Position numbers and translations under genes: made by a program. Of a stretch of DNA of 64,000 nt, positions 8,434-19,000 are shown in pieces. This DNA is from Lysobacterales bacterium (GTDB lineage: Bacteria > Pseudomonadota > Gammaproteobacteria > Xanthomonadales > SZUA-36), in the NCBI GenBank assembly GCA_037384065.1, contig JARROJ010000021.1:20383-84382 (forward strand), read 5' to 3'. How positions within the stretch are numbered: the stretch's first letter is position 1; every line of letters starts with the position of its first letter. The notes below the pieces were generated by a model that did no database searches, had not been told where the DNA came from, and saw only the letters and a program-made list of their open reading frames with translations.

Positions 8434-9984
8434 ATGAGCAACAATCCAGCACGCAAGCCACTGGTTCTGATGATTCTCGACGGCTGGGGTTACCGGGAGG
8501 AGTCCCGGGCCAATGCGATCGCGCTCGGTGAGACGCCCTGCTGGGACAGCATGTGGCGCGCCGACCCCCACACCCTGATCGAAACCTCGGGCGAAGCGGT
8601 CGGACTGCCGCCGGGCCAGATGGGCAACTCGGAGGTCGGACACCTGAACATCGGCGCCGGGCGCATCGTTTACCAGGACTACACGCGCATCGACCAGGCC
8701 ATCCGTGACGGCAGCTTCCAGCGCAACGCGGCCCTGTGCGACGGCATCGACGCCGCAATCGAGCGCGGCGCAACGGTGCACCTCATGGGCCTGCTGTCAC
8801 CCGGCGGCGTGCACAGCCACGAGGAGCAGTTCTTTGAAACCGTGCGGCTCGCCGCCGAGCGGGGCGCCGGCGCGATCGCGGTCCACGCCTTCCTCGACGG
8901 CCGCGACACACCGCCGCGCAGCGCCGAAGCATCGATCCGGCGGATGCAGGCGGTCGTCGACGGCATCCCCGGCGCCTCGATCGCGACCCTGTCCGGGCGG
9001 TACTACGCGATGGATCGCGACAACCGCTGGGACCGGGTCGAACAGGCCTACCGGGCCATCGTGTCGGCCACCGCGGACCAGCGTGCGCCATCCGCGCTCG
9101 ACGGGCTGGCGCAGGCCTACGAACGCGGCGAGAACGACGAATTCGTTCTGCCGACCGTGCTCGACGACGCACCCGGCGTGCGGGACGGCGACGCCGTGAT
9201 TTTCGTGAACTTCCGGGCCGACCGCGCCCGCGAACTGACCATGGCCTTCGTCAACGAGCCGTTCGAGGGCTTCAAGCGAAACCGGGTCGAACTGTCCGCG
9301 TTCGTCACCATGACCGAGTACATGGCGGGTCTCCCGGTCCGCATCGCGTTTCCACCGGAATCGCTGCCGCGGATTCTGGCGGCCGAACTCGCGCAGCACG
9401 GCCTGCATCAGCTGCGCATTGCGGAAACCGAGAAATACGCCCACGTGACGTTCTTTTTCAACGGCGGCGAAGAGACGCCTTTTCCGCTCGAGGAGCGCAT
9501 CCTGATCCCTTCGCCAAAGGTCGCCACCTACGACCTGCAGCCCGAGATGAGTGCGCCCGAACTCACCGAAAAGCTGACCGCGGCGATCCGTTCGCGCAAA
9601 TTCGACGTGATCATCTGTAACGTCGCCAACCCCGATATGGTCGGGCATACCGGCAGCATGGATGCGGCGTTGGCCGCCGTCGCCGCGGTCGACCATTGCC
9701 TGGCCGAAGTGCGCGCCGCGATCGACGAAACCGGCGGCGAGCTGCTGGTCACCGCCGATCACGGCAACATCGAACAGATGACCGACCCTGCAACCGGCCA
9801 GAATCACACCGCGCACACGACCAACCCGGTGCCGTTCCTGTTCCACGGCCGGCCCGCGCGCTTCAGTGGCACGGGCTCGCTGCGCGACATCGCGCCGACC
9901 ATGCTGTACCTGCTCGGACTCGAACAGCCCGAGGAAATGACCGGACGCCCGTTGCTCGAACTGACCGGCGGTGCGGCGGCCTAG
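8434..9984 (+). CDS. gpmI: 2,3-bisphosphoglycerate-independent phosphoglycerate mutase
   Basis: The ORF was trimmed to the ATG at 8434 (MSNNPARKPLVLMILDGWGY). Motifs seen: GNSEVGH, LSPGGVHSH and TADHGN. Confidence 0.95.
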   Translation: MSNNPARKPLVLMILDGWGYREESRANAIALGETPCWDSMWRADPHTLIETSGEAVGLPPGQMGNSEVGHLNIGAGRIVYQDYTRIDQAIRDGSFQRNAALCDGIDAAIERGATVHLMGLLSPGGVHSHEEQFFETVRLAAERGAGAIAVHAFLDGRDTPPRSAEASIRRMQAVVDGIPGASIATLSGRYYAMDRDNRWDRVEQAYRAIVSATADQRAPSALDGLAQAYERGENDEFVLPTVLDDAPGVRDGDAVIFVNFRADRARELTMAFVNEPFEGFKRNRVELSAFVTMTEYMAGLPVRIAFPPESLPRILAAELAQHGLHQLRIAETEKYAHVTFFFNGGEETPFPLEERILIPSPKVATYDLQPEMSAPELTEKLTAAIRSRKFDVIICNVANPDMVGHTGSMDAALAAVAAVDHCLAEVRAAIDETGGELLVTADHGNIEQMTDPATGQNHTAHTTNPVPFLFHGRPARFSGTGSLRDIAPTMLYLLGLEQPEEMTGRPLLELTGGAAA

Positions 9985-11143
9985 GGCCGGCGCCGCGCCG
10001 GCCCTGTTGCTGGGCCTGCTTCTCGCTGCGTCCGCCGCAGCGCAGGATTCCGCCGACCCGGAGCGGGCGCAGGCCGAACGGCAGCTGCACGAGGTGCTGG
10101 CCCAGATCGAACGGCTCGGCGGCGCGCTGCTCGCGGCGCGCCGCGAGCACCGGGCCGAGCAGTCGCGCCTGCGGGAACTCGATCTCGCCCTGCAACGGGC
10201 GGACCGCGCGTACCGGGCGCTCGAAAACGAACGGCGTGAGCACCAGGCCCGACTGACCGAACTCGATCGGCAGCGACGGGAATTTATCGCCACCCTTGAC
10301 GACCGCACCGCCCGGCTGGCCAACCAGCTGCGGGCTGCCTACCGGAGCGGCCGGCAATCCCGCAGCCGCCTGATCCTGAATCTCGACGATCCGGAAATCG
10401 TGACCCGGATGCTGGCCTATTACGACTACGTCAACCGCGCACAGCTCGGGCGAATCGCCGAACTCCGTGACGCGGTCACGACGCTCGACCGGCTGGCGAG
10501 CGAAACCGGGCTGGAGCTCGAGCGCCTGGCCGAGGTGCAACGCGAGCAGCAATCACTGCGGGACGAACTGGCGGCGCAGCGCGGCCAGCGGGCCGAATTG
10601 CTCGCGCGGATCGCGAACGACATCGAGCAGAACCAATCGAGCCTGCGTGAACTCGAGCGGGACCGGAAGGACCTCGAGGCGCTGATCGAGCGTCTGGCCG
10701 ACGTGCTCGCCGACATTCCGCTCGACCTGGACCAGCGCGCCGGCTTCGCCAGTCGCAAAGGGCGGCTTCCGATGCCGCTGAACGGCCCGGTCCGCCACGC
10801 CTTCGGGCAGACACGTGCCGCGGGACTGCGCTGGCAGGGCTGGCTGATCGGCGCCGACACCGGCGCGGAGGTTCACGCCATCGGCTACGGTCGCGTGGCG
10901 TTCGCGGATTGGCTGCGGGGCTACGGACTGCTGTTGATTATTGACCACGGTCAGGGTTTCATGAGCCTGTACGGCCACAACGAGAGCCTGCTGCAGGATG
11001 CCGGCGCCTGGGTGGAAGCCGGCGAGGTGATCGGCGTCGTGGGGGGCAACTCGGGCACGACCCAGGGCCTGTACTTTGAACTTCGCCGGAACGGCAAGGC
11101 GATCGACCCGGCCGCGTGGATCGACCGCCGCCGCGCCCCCTGA
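9971..11143 (+). CDS. envC: Murein hydrolase activator EnvC-like (coiled coil plus M23/LytM domain)
   Basis: GTG start. It has a signal peptide (LLLGLLLAASAAAQ), a long heptad-rich region and the C-terminal LLLIIDHGQGFMSLYGHN M23 fold. Its position after gpmI matches E. coli. Confidence 0.8.
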   Translation: MRRPRAGAAPALLLGLLLAASAAAQDSADPERAQAERQLHEVLAQIERLGGALLAARREHRAEQSRLRELDLALQRADRAYRALENERREHQARLTELDRQRREFIATLDDRTARLANQLRAAYRSGRQSRSRLILNLDDPEIVTRMLAYYDYVNRAQLGRIAELRDAVTTLDRLASETGLELERLAEVQREQQSLRDELAAQRGQRAELLARIANDIEQNQSSLRELERDRKDLEALIERLADVLADIPLDLDQRAGFASRKGRLPMPLNGPVRHAFGQTRAAGLRWQGWLIGADTGAEVHAIGYGRVAFADWLRGYGLLLIIDHGQGFMSLYGHNESLLQDAGAWVEAGEVIGVVGGNSGTTQGLYFELRRNGKAIDPAAWIDRRRAP

Positions 11144-11152
11144 GGAACTCCG

Positions 11153-12469
11153 ATGAAACGAATGTCGACCGCACTGCGACGCCCCGCCCCGCTCCTGGCC
11201 GTTCTGCTGACACTGAGCCCGGGGCCGGCGACGGGCGCGCCACCGGAAAATGACGCGCCGACGGACACCCGCGACGACGCGCGGTCGCTGACCCTCGAAG
11301 ACCTGCGCGCCTTCAGCGACGTCTTCAACCAGGTGCGCCGCAACTTCGTCGACACAGTGGATGAACGGGACCTGATCCAGGCGGCGATCCGCGGCATGCT
11401 CTCGGAACTGGATCCGCACTCGGCCTATCTGGCCGTGGATCAGTATCGCGATCTGGACGACGTGTCGCGCGGCCGCTACGGCGGGGTCGGCATCCGCCTG
11501 AACACGCGCGACGGCAAAATCCGTGTCGACGCCGTGATCAACGGCAGCCCGGCGGACCGGGCCGGCATCGACGTCGGCGACATCATCACGGCGGTGGATG
11601 ACGTCCCGGTGCGGGGCCGGCCGCTCGCCGAAACACTCGAGGGCATCGACGGCGAACCCGGCAGCACCGTGCGGCTGAGCGTCCAGCGTCCGGGACAGCC
11701 GCCGCGCGACGTCACGCTGGAGCGGGAGTTCATCAAACTGCCGACCCTGTCCTACCGCCCCCTGAGCCGGGGCTGGGGCTATTTCCGGATCAGCCAGTTT
11801 CACCGGGACAGCGCCACCGACCTGGCGGCCGCGCTGGCGTCCATTCGCGACGACGGCACCGAACTGGCGGGGCTCGTGCTGGACCTGCGCGGTAACCCGG
11901 GCGGCGTGCTGCAACCGGCCATCGACATCGCCGACGGCTTTCTCGACAGCGGGCGTATCGTATCGACGCGCGGCCGCAATCCCTCGACCCGGATGGAATT
12001 CGACGCCGCGCCCGGCCAGTGGCTGCCGGGCCGCCCAATCGTCCTGCTGGTCGATCGGCGCAGCGCTTCGGCCGCCGAGGTCCTCGCCGGCGCGCTGCAG
12101 GACCACCACCGTGCGCTGATCGTCGGCGAACGGACGTTCGGCAAGGGCTCGGTGCAGTCGGTGCTGCCGCTCCGCAACGGCGGCGGCATCAAGCTCACGA
12201 CGGCGCTCTACTACACACCGAGCGGGCGATCGATCCAGGCGGAAGGCATCGTGCCGGATGTGGCGCTCGATCTGAATGACGATCTGAACACAAACCGAAC
12301 CGAAGGGCGCGAAGCGGATCTTGCCGGCCATCTGCCGGCGGAAACCGGTGCCGACCCCTCGGCGGATCACTTCATGACGGGCGAATCCGGGTTTCCGTTG
12401 CAGGAGATCATGGCCGTGCTGGACGACGCCGGCCTGCTGGCGGACGACGCCCCGGCCGGAAGCGACTGA
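11153..12469 (+). CDS. S41 family carboxy-terminal processing peptidase
   Basis: Signal peptide, PDZ region (GIRLNTRDGKIRVDAVINGSPADRAGI), LVDRRSASAAEV and GERTFGKGSVQ. A GAGGA Shine-Dalgarno sequence precedes the ATG. Confidence 0.85.
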   Translation: MKRMSTALRRPAPLLAVLLTLSPGPATGAPPENDAPTDTRDDARSLTLEDLRAFSDVFNQVRRNFVDTVDERDLIQAAIRGMLSELDPHSAYLAVDQYRDLDDVSRGRYGGVGIRLNTRDGKIRVDAVINGSPADRAGIDVGDIITAVDDVPVRGRPLAETLEGIDGEPGSTVRLSVQRPGQPPRDVTLEREFIKLPTLSYRPLSRGWGYFRISQFHRDSATDLAAALASIRDDGTELAGLVLDLRGNPGGVLQPAIDIADGFLDSGRIVSTRGRNPSTRMEFDAAPGQWLPGRPIVLLVDRRSASAAEVLAGALQDHHRALIVGERTFGKGSVQSVLPLRNGGGIKLTTALYYTPSGRSIQAEGIVPDVALDLNDDLNTNRTEGREADLAGHLPAETGADPSADHFMTGESGFPLQEIMAVLDDAGLLADDAPAGSD

Positions 12470-12481
12470 ACCGGGGTCGGC

Positions 12482-12811
12482 TCAGCTCGAGGAGCGGCCC
12501 GGTGGCGAGACCGGGAACGGGGTGACTTTTTCGCCCGACTCGCGATCGCGAATCAGGCATTGGCCGCGTTTCGCCACTTCCTCGACCCGCAATACGCTCT
12601 GGATCGGCAGGTGCAGCACGCTGGCGTGCTCGAACTCCCGGCGCATCTTTTCCTCGGTCGGATCCACCACCAGGCCTTCGCTGGTCTCAAACACCAGTTC
12701 CGACACCTCGATGAACCCCCACAGACCGCTCGACGTTACGCCGCGGCTGTACAGCTCGTAAACCTTGCCACTGTTCAGGAACACGACCTTGTAGAGTTTT
12801 GCATCGCTCAT
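12482..12811 (-). CDS. DUF1820-family protein
   Basis: 109 aa. LYKVVFLNSGKVYELYSRGVTSSGLWGFIEVSELVF resembles the conserved gammaproteobacterial DUF1820 family, identified from memory of the family only. Confidence 0.65.
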   Translation of the reverse strand: MSDAKLYKVVFLNSGKVYELYSRGVTSSGLWGFIEVSELVFETSEGLVVDPTEEKMRREFEHASVLHLPIQSVLRVEEVAKRGQCLIRDRESGEKVTPFPVSPPGRSSS

Positions 12812-12838
12812 AACGTCCGGGGAACCCTCATCAAGTGC

Positions 12839-13525
12839 TCAAAGGCGAATGTGGAAAAGACCGCGGGCAAGAAAGGCGAAGCTCAACCCGAGGGCAAATC
12901 CCGCCAGGTGCGTCCACCATGCCACAGTCGCATTTATGGGGCCGAAGGCCGTGTAAAGCAACTGCAGCGTGAACCAGGAGCCGATCACGATGACCGCGGG
13001 CACGCGGGCGAACTGGAGGTACAGACCGAGCGGCAGATAGAGCCCGATGCGACGCCGGGGAAACAGCCCGAGGTAGGCGCCGACGACCGCGGAGACCGCG
13101 CCGCTCGCGCCGATGATCGGCGTCGTCAGCGAAGGCAGCCGCAGGGCGACGATGACGTTGGCCAGCGCGCCACCGAGCAGCAGCACGACGACCAGGCCGG
13201 CGGCGCCGACCCGGCGCTCCACGTTCATGCCGAAGACCCAGAAGAACACGAGATTGCCCAGCAGGTGCAACCAGTTCGCGTGAATCAGCAGGGCCGTGAC
13301 GAGACTCAGCGCGGACACGTCCCACCAGCCGGTCGCCGGGCCATGCAGCAGGGCCGCCATCCGGGCCGGCTCCATGCCCGCCACTTCGATCATCACCTGT
13401 TGCCGGATCGGGCTGAGCCCCGAGTAGATGAAAAACATGAAGCAGGCGACGGCGATGAACCCGATCGCCGCGTAGGGCGGCCGAGGCGGACGGTCCGACC
13501 AGGCCGTAACGACACCGTCACGCAA
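12839..13525 (-). CDS. Rhomboid-family intramembrane serine protease
   Basis: Multi-TM protein with HANWLHLLGN, GASGAVSAVVGAY (catalytic Ser) and WWTHLAGF (catalytic His). The start is a TTG. Confidence 0.85.
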   Translation of the reverse strand: MRDGVVTAWSDRPPRPPYAAIGFIAVACFMFFIYSGLSPIRQQVMIEVAGMEPARMAALLHGPATGWWDVSALSLVTALLIHANWLHLLGNLVFFWVFGMNVERRVGAAGLVVVLLLGGALANVIVALRLPSLTTPIIGASGAVSAVVGAYLGLFPRRRIGLYLPLGLYLQFARVPAVIVIGSWFTLQLLYTAFGPINATVAWWTHLAGFALGLSFAFLARGLFHIRL

Positions 13526-13531
13526 GCGCGG

Positions 13532-14317
13532 TCAGCCCTTCACCAGGAACCGGTAGTTCCGCGCCCGGAAGATGGCGCCGTCGCGCCGGATTTCCTCGAG
13601 CACCACGCCGCCCTGCAGTTCGTCCCCTTCCTGCAGCCGGACCCCGTTGACGAGCAGGAACCGGTTCGCCGGATCGTCGGCGTAAACGATCACCGAGATG
13701 CGAAACGGCGGCAGGCTGTCACGCACGCCCTGGGGCAGCTCCCAGTACGTCATCACGCGAGGTTCATACGATGCATCGCGCGCCGCGGTCGCCCCGGGCT
13801 CGGACCGCGCGGCCGGTTTTGGCTTCGGTTCAGGTGCCGACGCCGGCTGCGAGGCCGCTGCCACGGACTCGGGGGACGGCTTCCCGCTCGGTGCGGTCTC
13901 GCCCGGAGGCGCCTTGAATTCGCTGATGTCCTGCAGCGACGCCGTGCGCTGACCGGAAGCCGCGCTGCCTTCATCGGCCGTCGTTTCGGCCGCGGGCGAC
14001 TGCGGTGCGGCGTAGGCCTCGACCGGGGTGCGCGGCGCCTCGGACGGCGTTCCGCCCGGTGCCGCAGGCTGCTCCGGGCCACGCGCCTGCGTTGCGTCCC
14101 GGGCGATCGCCGCCGGCTCCGACGGCGGCTGGAACTGCTGCCAGCCGAACCACGCCATCACCAGGGCGCTGACCACGATGAGCGCCACCGGCAGCCATTG
14201 CCGCAGCGGTTCGCCCGCGTCCGGCGGGGGCGCGTCCGGCGTGCGATGGATATCGGGCTGCGCGCCGAGGCGGCGCTGCTCTTCGGATTTCCTGAGGGCA
14301 TCGAGAAGCATCGACAT
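13532..14317 (-). CDS. gspB: Type II secretion assembly protein GspB/ExeB-like
   Basis: N-terminal MSMLLDALRKSE, one TM helix, an Ala/Pro-rich linker, and a C-terminal YWELPQGVRDSLPPFRISVIVYADDPANRFLLVNGVRLQEGDEL...LEEIRRDGAIF matching the T2SS-B domain. It sits immediately downstream of exeA. Confidence 0.7.
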   Translation of the reverse strand: MSMLLDALRKSEEQRRLGAQPDIHRTPDAPPPDAGEPLRQWLPVALIVVSALVMAWFGWQQFQPPSEPAAIARDATQARGPEQPAAPGGTPSEAPRTPVEAYAAPQSPAAETTADEGSAASGQRTASLQDISEFKAPPGETAPSGKPSPESVAAASQPASAPEPKPKPAARSEPGATAARDASYEPRVMTYWELPQGVRDSLPPFRISVIVYADDPANRFLLVNGVRLQEGDELQGGVVLEEIRRDGAIFRARNYRFLVKG

Positions 14318-14321
14318 CGGC

Positions 14322-16019
14322 CTAGGACTCCGCTCCGGATTCGATCACGAGTTGCGGCCGGTCTATGGTTGGCGCCATCAGGTGCAACAGGGTGTTCGGG
14401 CCGACGATTCCATCCGGCACCAGGCCGTTCCGGCGCTGGAATCCAAGCAGCCAGTTTTCGAATTCGGCGTCGAACACGCCGCCGCCCTCCCAGGGAGGCT
14501 CGGCGAACGACGCGAGCCGCATCACGATGTCGACCGCCGGCCCCGCTGCGCCGCGACGGAGCTCCACCGGCCAATCCGGCGCCTGCGGCCAGGCGACCAG
14601 GAATTCGCCGAACCAGAGCGATTCGACGGTGCTGCGCGCGACCACGGTGTCCTCCCGCGGCGAACCGACCAACAGGCCGTCGTCCCGGAACCCACGCAGC
14701 GGCAGCAGGCGCACGGCGTCGCCGCGCAGAACCAGGATGACGGGCAGGCCGAGCTGTCGAATGCGCGACCAGTTACCAGACTCGCGCAGGCAGGCAAAAC
14801 CGGTACCCGCCACGCCATCGCAGGCGGACTGGATCGCGCCGCCCGCGCCCGGTTCACGCCACAGTTCGGCCAGGACTTCCCAGGCGGTCAGATGCTGCGC
14901 CCGCAGCCAGTCCGCATCCGGCTCGAAGTACGCCGGCGGGGAATCCGGCTCGACCGGCGCGGTGTCCGGCGGCCCGGCATCGACGCTGGAAGCCGGTGGA
15001 TCGGCCGGCGGCGGAACGCTCGGGTCGCTGACGTCCACCGCCGCTGCCGGTGCGTCGCTGACCGACGCAACGACGGGCGGCGGCGCCTCCGCGGAAACGG
15101 GCTCGAAATAACCGCCCCGCCACAGGAACAGGCTGACGACCACCAGCAGCAGGCCCGCGGCGGTCGCGGCGACCCCGCGCCAGGGGTTCGCGCGAATCCG
15201 GGTTTCGCCCGGCTGCACCTCGTCGGCCGCGGCGTGCACCAGCCGCGCGGTCACCCGGACGGTCTCGCGACCGTACGCGCCGGCCAGCGCGCGGTCGGCA
15301 ATGATGTTGATCAGGCGCGGCACGCCACCCGAGCGGCGGTACAGGGCGCGCAGCGCGGAGCGCGTGAACGGGTTCCGTTGCGCGCCCGCCACCTTCATTC
15401 GATGCCGCACGTAGGCGGCGGTTTCGGCTTCGTCGAGCGGCGCCAGGTGGTAGCGCGCGGTAATCCGCTGCGCGAGCTGCCGCAGGTCCTGGCGCTGCAG
15501 CAACTGGCGCAGTTCGGGCTGCCCGAGCAGCACCATCTGCAGGAGTTTTTCCTTCGGGGTCTCGAGATTGGTCAGTAAACGCACCTGTTCCAGGGCGTCG
15601 GGGCTCAGGTTCTGCGCCTCGTCGATGACCACGACGACGCGGTGTCCGCCGGCATGTTGCTCCAGCAAGTAGCGGTTGAGCGCATCGACCATCGCCTTGT
15701 TGCTGTCCGCGATCTCCGTGGTTCGGATTCCGAGTTCCTCGCAGATCGTCGCGAGCAACTCGCGGGGCGTCAGCAGCGGATTGAGCACCAGCGCCACGCG
15801 GGTGTCGGCCGGCAACTGCTCCAGCAGGCAGCGGCACAGCGTGGTCTTGCCGGTTCCGACCTCTCCCGTCAACTGGACGAACCCGCCCGAACCGCCCTGC
15901 CCGACCCCGTACAGCAAATGGGCCAGCGCCTCGCGGTGTTCGGGGCTCAGGTACACGAAGGCCGGGTCCGGCGTTATCGAAAACGGCGCTTCGTTCAGTC
16001 CGAAATACTGGAGGTACAC
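14322..16019 (-). CDS. exeA: ExeA/GspA-family AAA ATPase with C-terminal peptidoglycan-binding domain
   Basis: YFGLNEAPFSITPDP, Walker A GEVGTGKTT, VVVIDEAQ, a TM segment, and C-terminal FQRRNGLVPDGIVGPNT (PG_binding_1-like). GTG start with an AAGGA Shine-Dalgarno sequence. Confidence 0.85.
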   Translation of the reverse strand: MYLQYFGLNEAPFSITPDPAFVYLSPEHREALAHLLYGVGQGGSGGFVQLTGEVGTGKTTLCRCLLEQLPADTRVALVLNPLLTPRELLATICEELGIRTTEIADSNKAMVDALNRYLLEQHAGGHRVVVVIDEAQNLSPDALEQVRLLTNLETPKEKLLQMVLLGQPELRQLLQRQDLRQLAQRITARYHLAPLDEAETAAYVRHRMKVAGAQRNPFTRSALRALYRRSGGVPRLINIIADRALAGAYGRETVRVTARLVHAAADEVQPGETRIRANPWRGVAATAAGLLLVVVSLFLWRGGYFEPVSAEAPPPVVASVSDAPAAAVDVSDPSVPPPADPPASSVDAGPPDTAPVEPDSPPAYFEPDADWLRAQHLTAWEVLAELWREPGAGGAIQSACDGVAGTGFACLRESGNWSRIRQLGLPVILVLRGDAVRLLPLRGFRDDGLLVGSPREDTVVARSTVESLWFGEFLVAWPQAPDWPVELRRGAAGPAVDIVMRLASFAEPPWEGGGVFDAEFENWLLGFQRRNGLVPDGIVGPNTLLHLMAPTIDRPQLVIESGAES

Positions 16020-16032
16020 GTTCGATCGTCCT

Positions 16033-19000
16033 TCAGTCGTTGAGGTCCAGCAGGCTGGCGTTGCCGCCGACGGCGGCGGTGTTCACGGTCAGGGTCCGCT
16101 CGGTGGCGAAACGCAGCATGTAGTGTGGACCGCCCGCCTTGGGCCCGGTTCCGGAGAGCTTTTCGCCACCGAACGGCTGCACGCCGACAACGGCGCCGAT
16201 CATGTTGCGGTTAATATAACAGTTCCCCGCCTCGATCCGCCGGGCAATGTGCCGCTGCGTGCGATCGATCCGGCTGTGGATCCCGAGCGTCAGACCGTAA
16301 CCGGCCGCGTTGATGTCGTCGATGATCCGGTCGAGTTCGCGCGAGGAAAACCGCACGACGTGCAGGACCGGGCCGAAGACCTCCTTTTCCAGCGACCGGA
16401 TGGAGTCGATCTCGAACGCGACCGGCGCCATGAAGTGGCCGTCCAGGCCGGCCGGCAGGGGCGCCCGGGCCAGCAGGCGGAATTGACGCTCCATGCGTTG
16501 CACGTGCGCTTCGAGTTCGCTGCGCGCGGCTTCATCGATGACCGGACCGATATCGGTCTCCAGGCGCCAGGGCTCGCCCACGACCAGTTCCTGCATCGCG
16601 CCGGCCAGCAGCGTGGTGATGCGGTCGGCGACATCCTGCTGCACGAACAGCACGCGGAGCGCCGAACACCGCTGCCCGGCGCTGTGAAAGGCGCTGCGAA
16701 TCACGTCTTCGACGACCTGCTCGGGCAGGGCCGAGCTGTCCACGAGCATCGCATTCTGTCCGCCCGTCTCGGCGATGAACGCGGCGATCGGCGCATCGCG
16801 CGCCGCCAGCGAACGGTTGATGACGTGCGCGGTATCCATCGAACCGGTCAGCGCGACACCGGCGACCCGCGCATCGGCGGTCAGGCGCGCGCCGACGACG
16901 GAGCCCTTGCCGGGCACGAACTGCAGGGCCTGGCGCGGAATGCCGGCCTGGTGCAGCAGCCCGACCGCGTAGGCCGCGACCGCCGGCGTCTGCTCCGCCG
17001 GCTTGGCGAGCACCGTGTTGCCCGCGGCCAGCGCGGCGGCCACCTGCCCGGTGAAAATCGCCAGTGGAAAATTCCATGGGCTGATGCAGACGAACACGCC
17101 GCGGCCGTGCAGGCTGAGTTCGTTGACCTCGCCCGTCGGGCCCGGCAGGCGCTGCGGCGCATCGAAATGCTGGCGGGCCTGCAGGGCGTAATACCTCAGG
17201 AAGTCGACCGCCTCGCGGATTTCGGCAATCGCATCGTGCGGCGTCTTGCCGGCCTCGCGGACGATCAAGGCCATCAGTTCGGCGAAATTCTCTTCCATCA
17301 GGTCGGCCGTTTTCTCGAGCCGTTCGGCCCGTTCGGCGCCGGCGACGGCATCCCAGGCCGGACGAAAATCCCAGGCGGCCTGCAGCGCGCCGTCCAGCGC
17401 CTCGACCGGCGTTTCCCGCACGTCCCCGACCCGGTCGGACCGGCTTGCGGGATTCAGGTTGGCATGGGGTTCGGCGTCCGCCTCGCACGGCGCCGCAAGG
17501 ATCGGTTCGACGTTCCAGCGCGTGCGCGTGAACGGCGCCATGCGCGCCGCGAGATCGAGCACCGCGGACTGGTTCGCAAGGTTGACGCCCTGGGCGTTGA
17601 GCCGCTCGTCACCGTACAGGTGGCGCGGCAGGGGAATCGCCGGGTGCGCCACCGGACGGGTCGAAGCCGCCCGGGCCAGCGGGTCCTCGGCGACTTTCTC
17701 CACGGGCAGGTCCTCGTCCGAGATCCGGTTCACGAACGAGGTGTTCGAGCCGTTCTCGAGCAGGCGGCGGACGAGGTACGGCAGCAGGTCCTCGTGGCTG
17801 CCGACCGGCGCGTACACCCGGCAGGCATGCCGGAAACCCGGTTCCTGCATGACCACGCCGTAAAGTTCGCGGCCCATTCCGTGCAAACGCTGGAATTCGT
17901 AATCGAGCCGATCGCCGGCGAGTTCGGTCACGGCCGCGATCGTGTGCGCGTTGTGCGTGGCGAACTGCGGGTAGAAGGCGGCCCGGTTTTCCAGCACCTT
18001 TTTCGCGCAGGCAATGTAGGAGACATCGGTGTTCGCCTTGCGCGTGAACACCGGATATCCGTCGAGCCCCTCGACCTGGGCGTGCTTGATCTCGCTGTCC
18101 CAGTAGGCGCCCTTGACCAGCCGGACCGGAATTCGACGGTTGTTGGCCCTGGCCAGCGCGGCGAGCCAGTCGATCACGGCGAAAGCGCGCTTCTGGTAGG
18201 TCTGCAACGCCAGGCCCAGCCCATCCCAGTCGGTGAGCGAGGCGTCGGCCAGGACGGCCGCGAACACGTCGAGGGTCAGCATCAGGCGGTCGGCTTCCTC
18301 GGTGTCGACGGTCAGCGCGATGCGATTGGCCCGCGCCAGCTGCGCCAGTTCGAGGAGTTTCGGCGTGAGTTCGCGCAGCACCCGTTCGCGTTGAGCGAAC
18401 TCGAACCGCGGGTGGAGCGCGGACAGTTTCACCGAAATGCTGGGCGCCTCGAAGAGGTCGTCCGATCGATCGCTCCGGCCGATCGCCTCGATCGCCGCGC
18501 GATAGGACGCCATGAAGCGCCGGGAATCGGCGTCCGTCAGCGCCGCCTCGCCGAGCATGTCGAAGGAATGGCGGTAGGGCCGGTGCTTTTTCTCCAACGA
18601 CCGTTCGAGCGCCTCGTCGATCGTGCGTCCCATGACGTACTGAAAACCCATGATCCGCATGGCCTGGCGGATCGCGGTGCGGACCAGCGGCTCGCCGCTG
18701 CGGTTGACCATGCGCTTGAGCGTCGTCCGAAAATTGCTTCGGGTTTGCTCCGAAAGGGCGACCAGCTTGCCGGTCAGCATCAGTCCGAAGGTCGATGCGT
18801 TGACCAGCACCGAGGAACTTTTGCCCAGGTGCGACTCCCAGTCGGCGTCGCCCAGCTTGTCGGCGATCAGTTTCTCGGCGGTTGCGCTGTCCGGAATACG
18901 CAGCAGGGCCTCGGCGAGGCACATCAGCACCACGCCCTCCTCCGACGAGAGGTCGTACTGCTGCATGAACGCGTCCAGCACGCCACGCTCGTGCCGCCGG

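Noticed and set aside
12839-13525. The rhomboid protease as the sorting enzyme (rhombosortase-like) for the IPTL-tagged protein at 60 kb
   Set aside because: It is 47 kb away. Rhombosortases are associated with GlyGly-CTERM tags, not IPTL. This protein looks like a generic GlpG-type rhomboid embedded in an exeAB string. There is no sequence-based support for a link.
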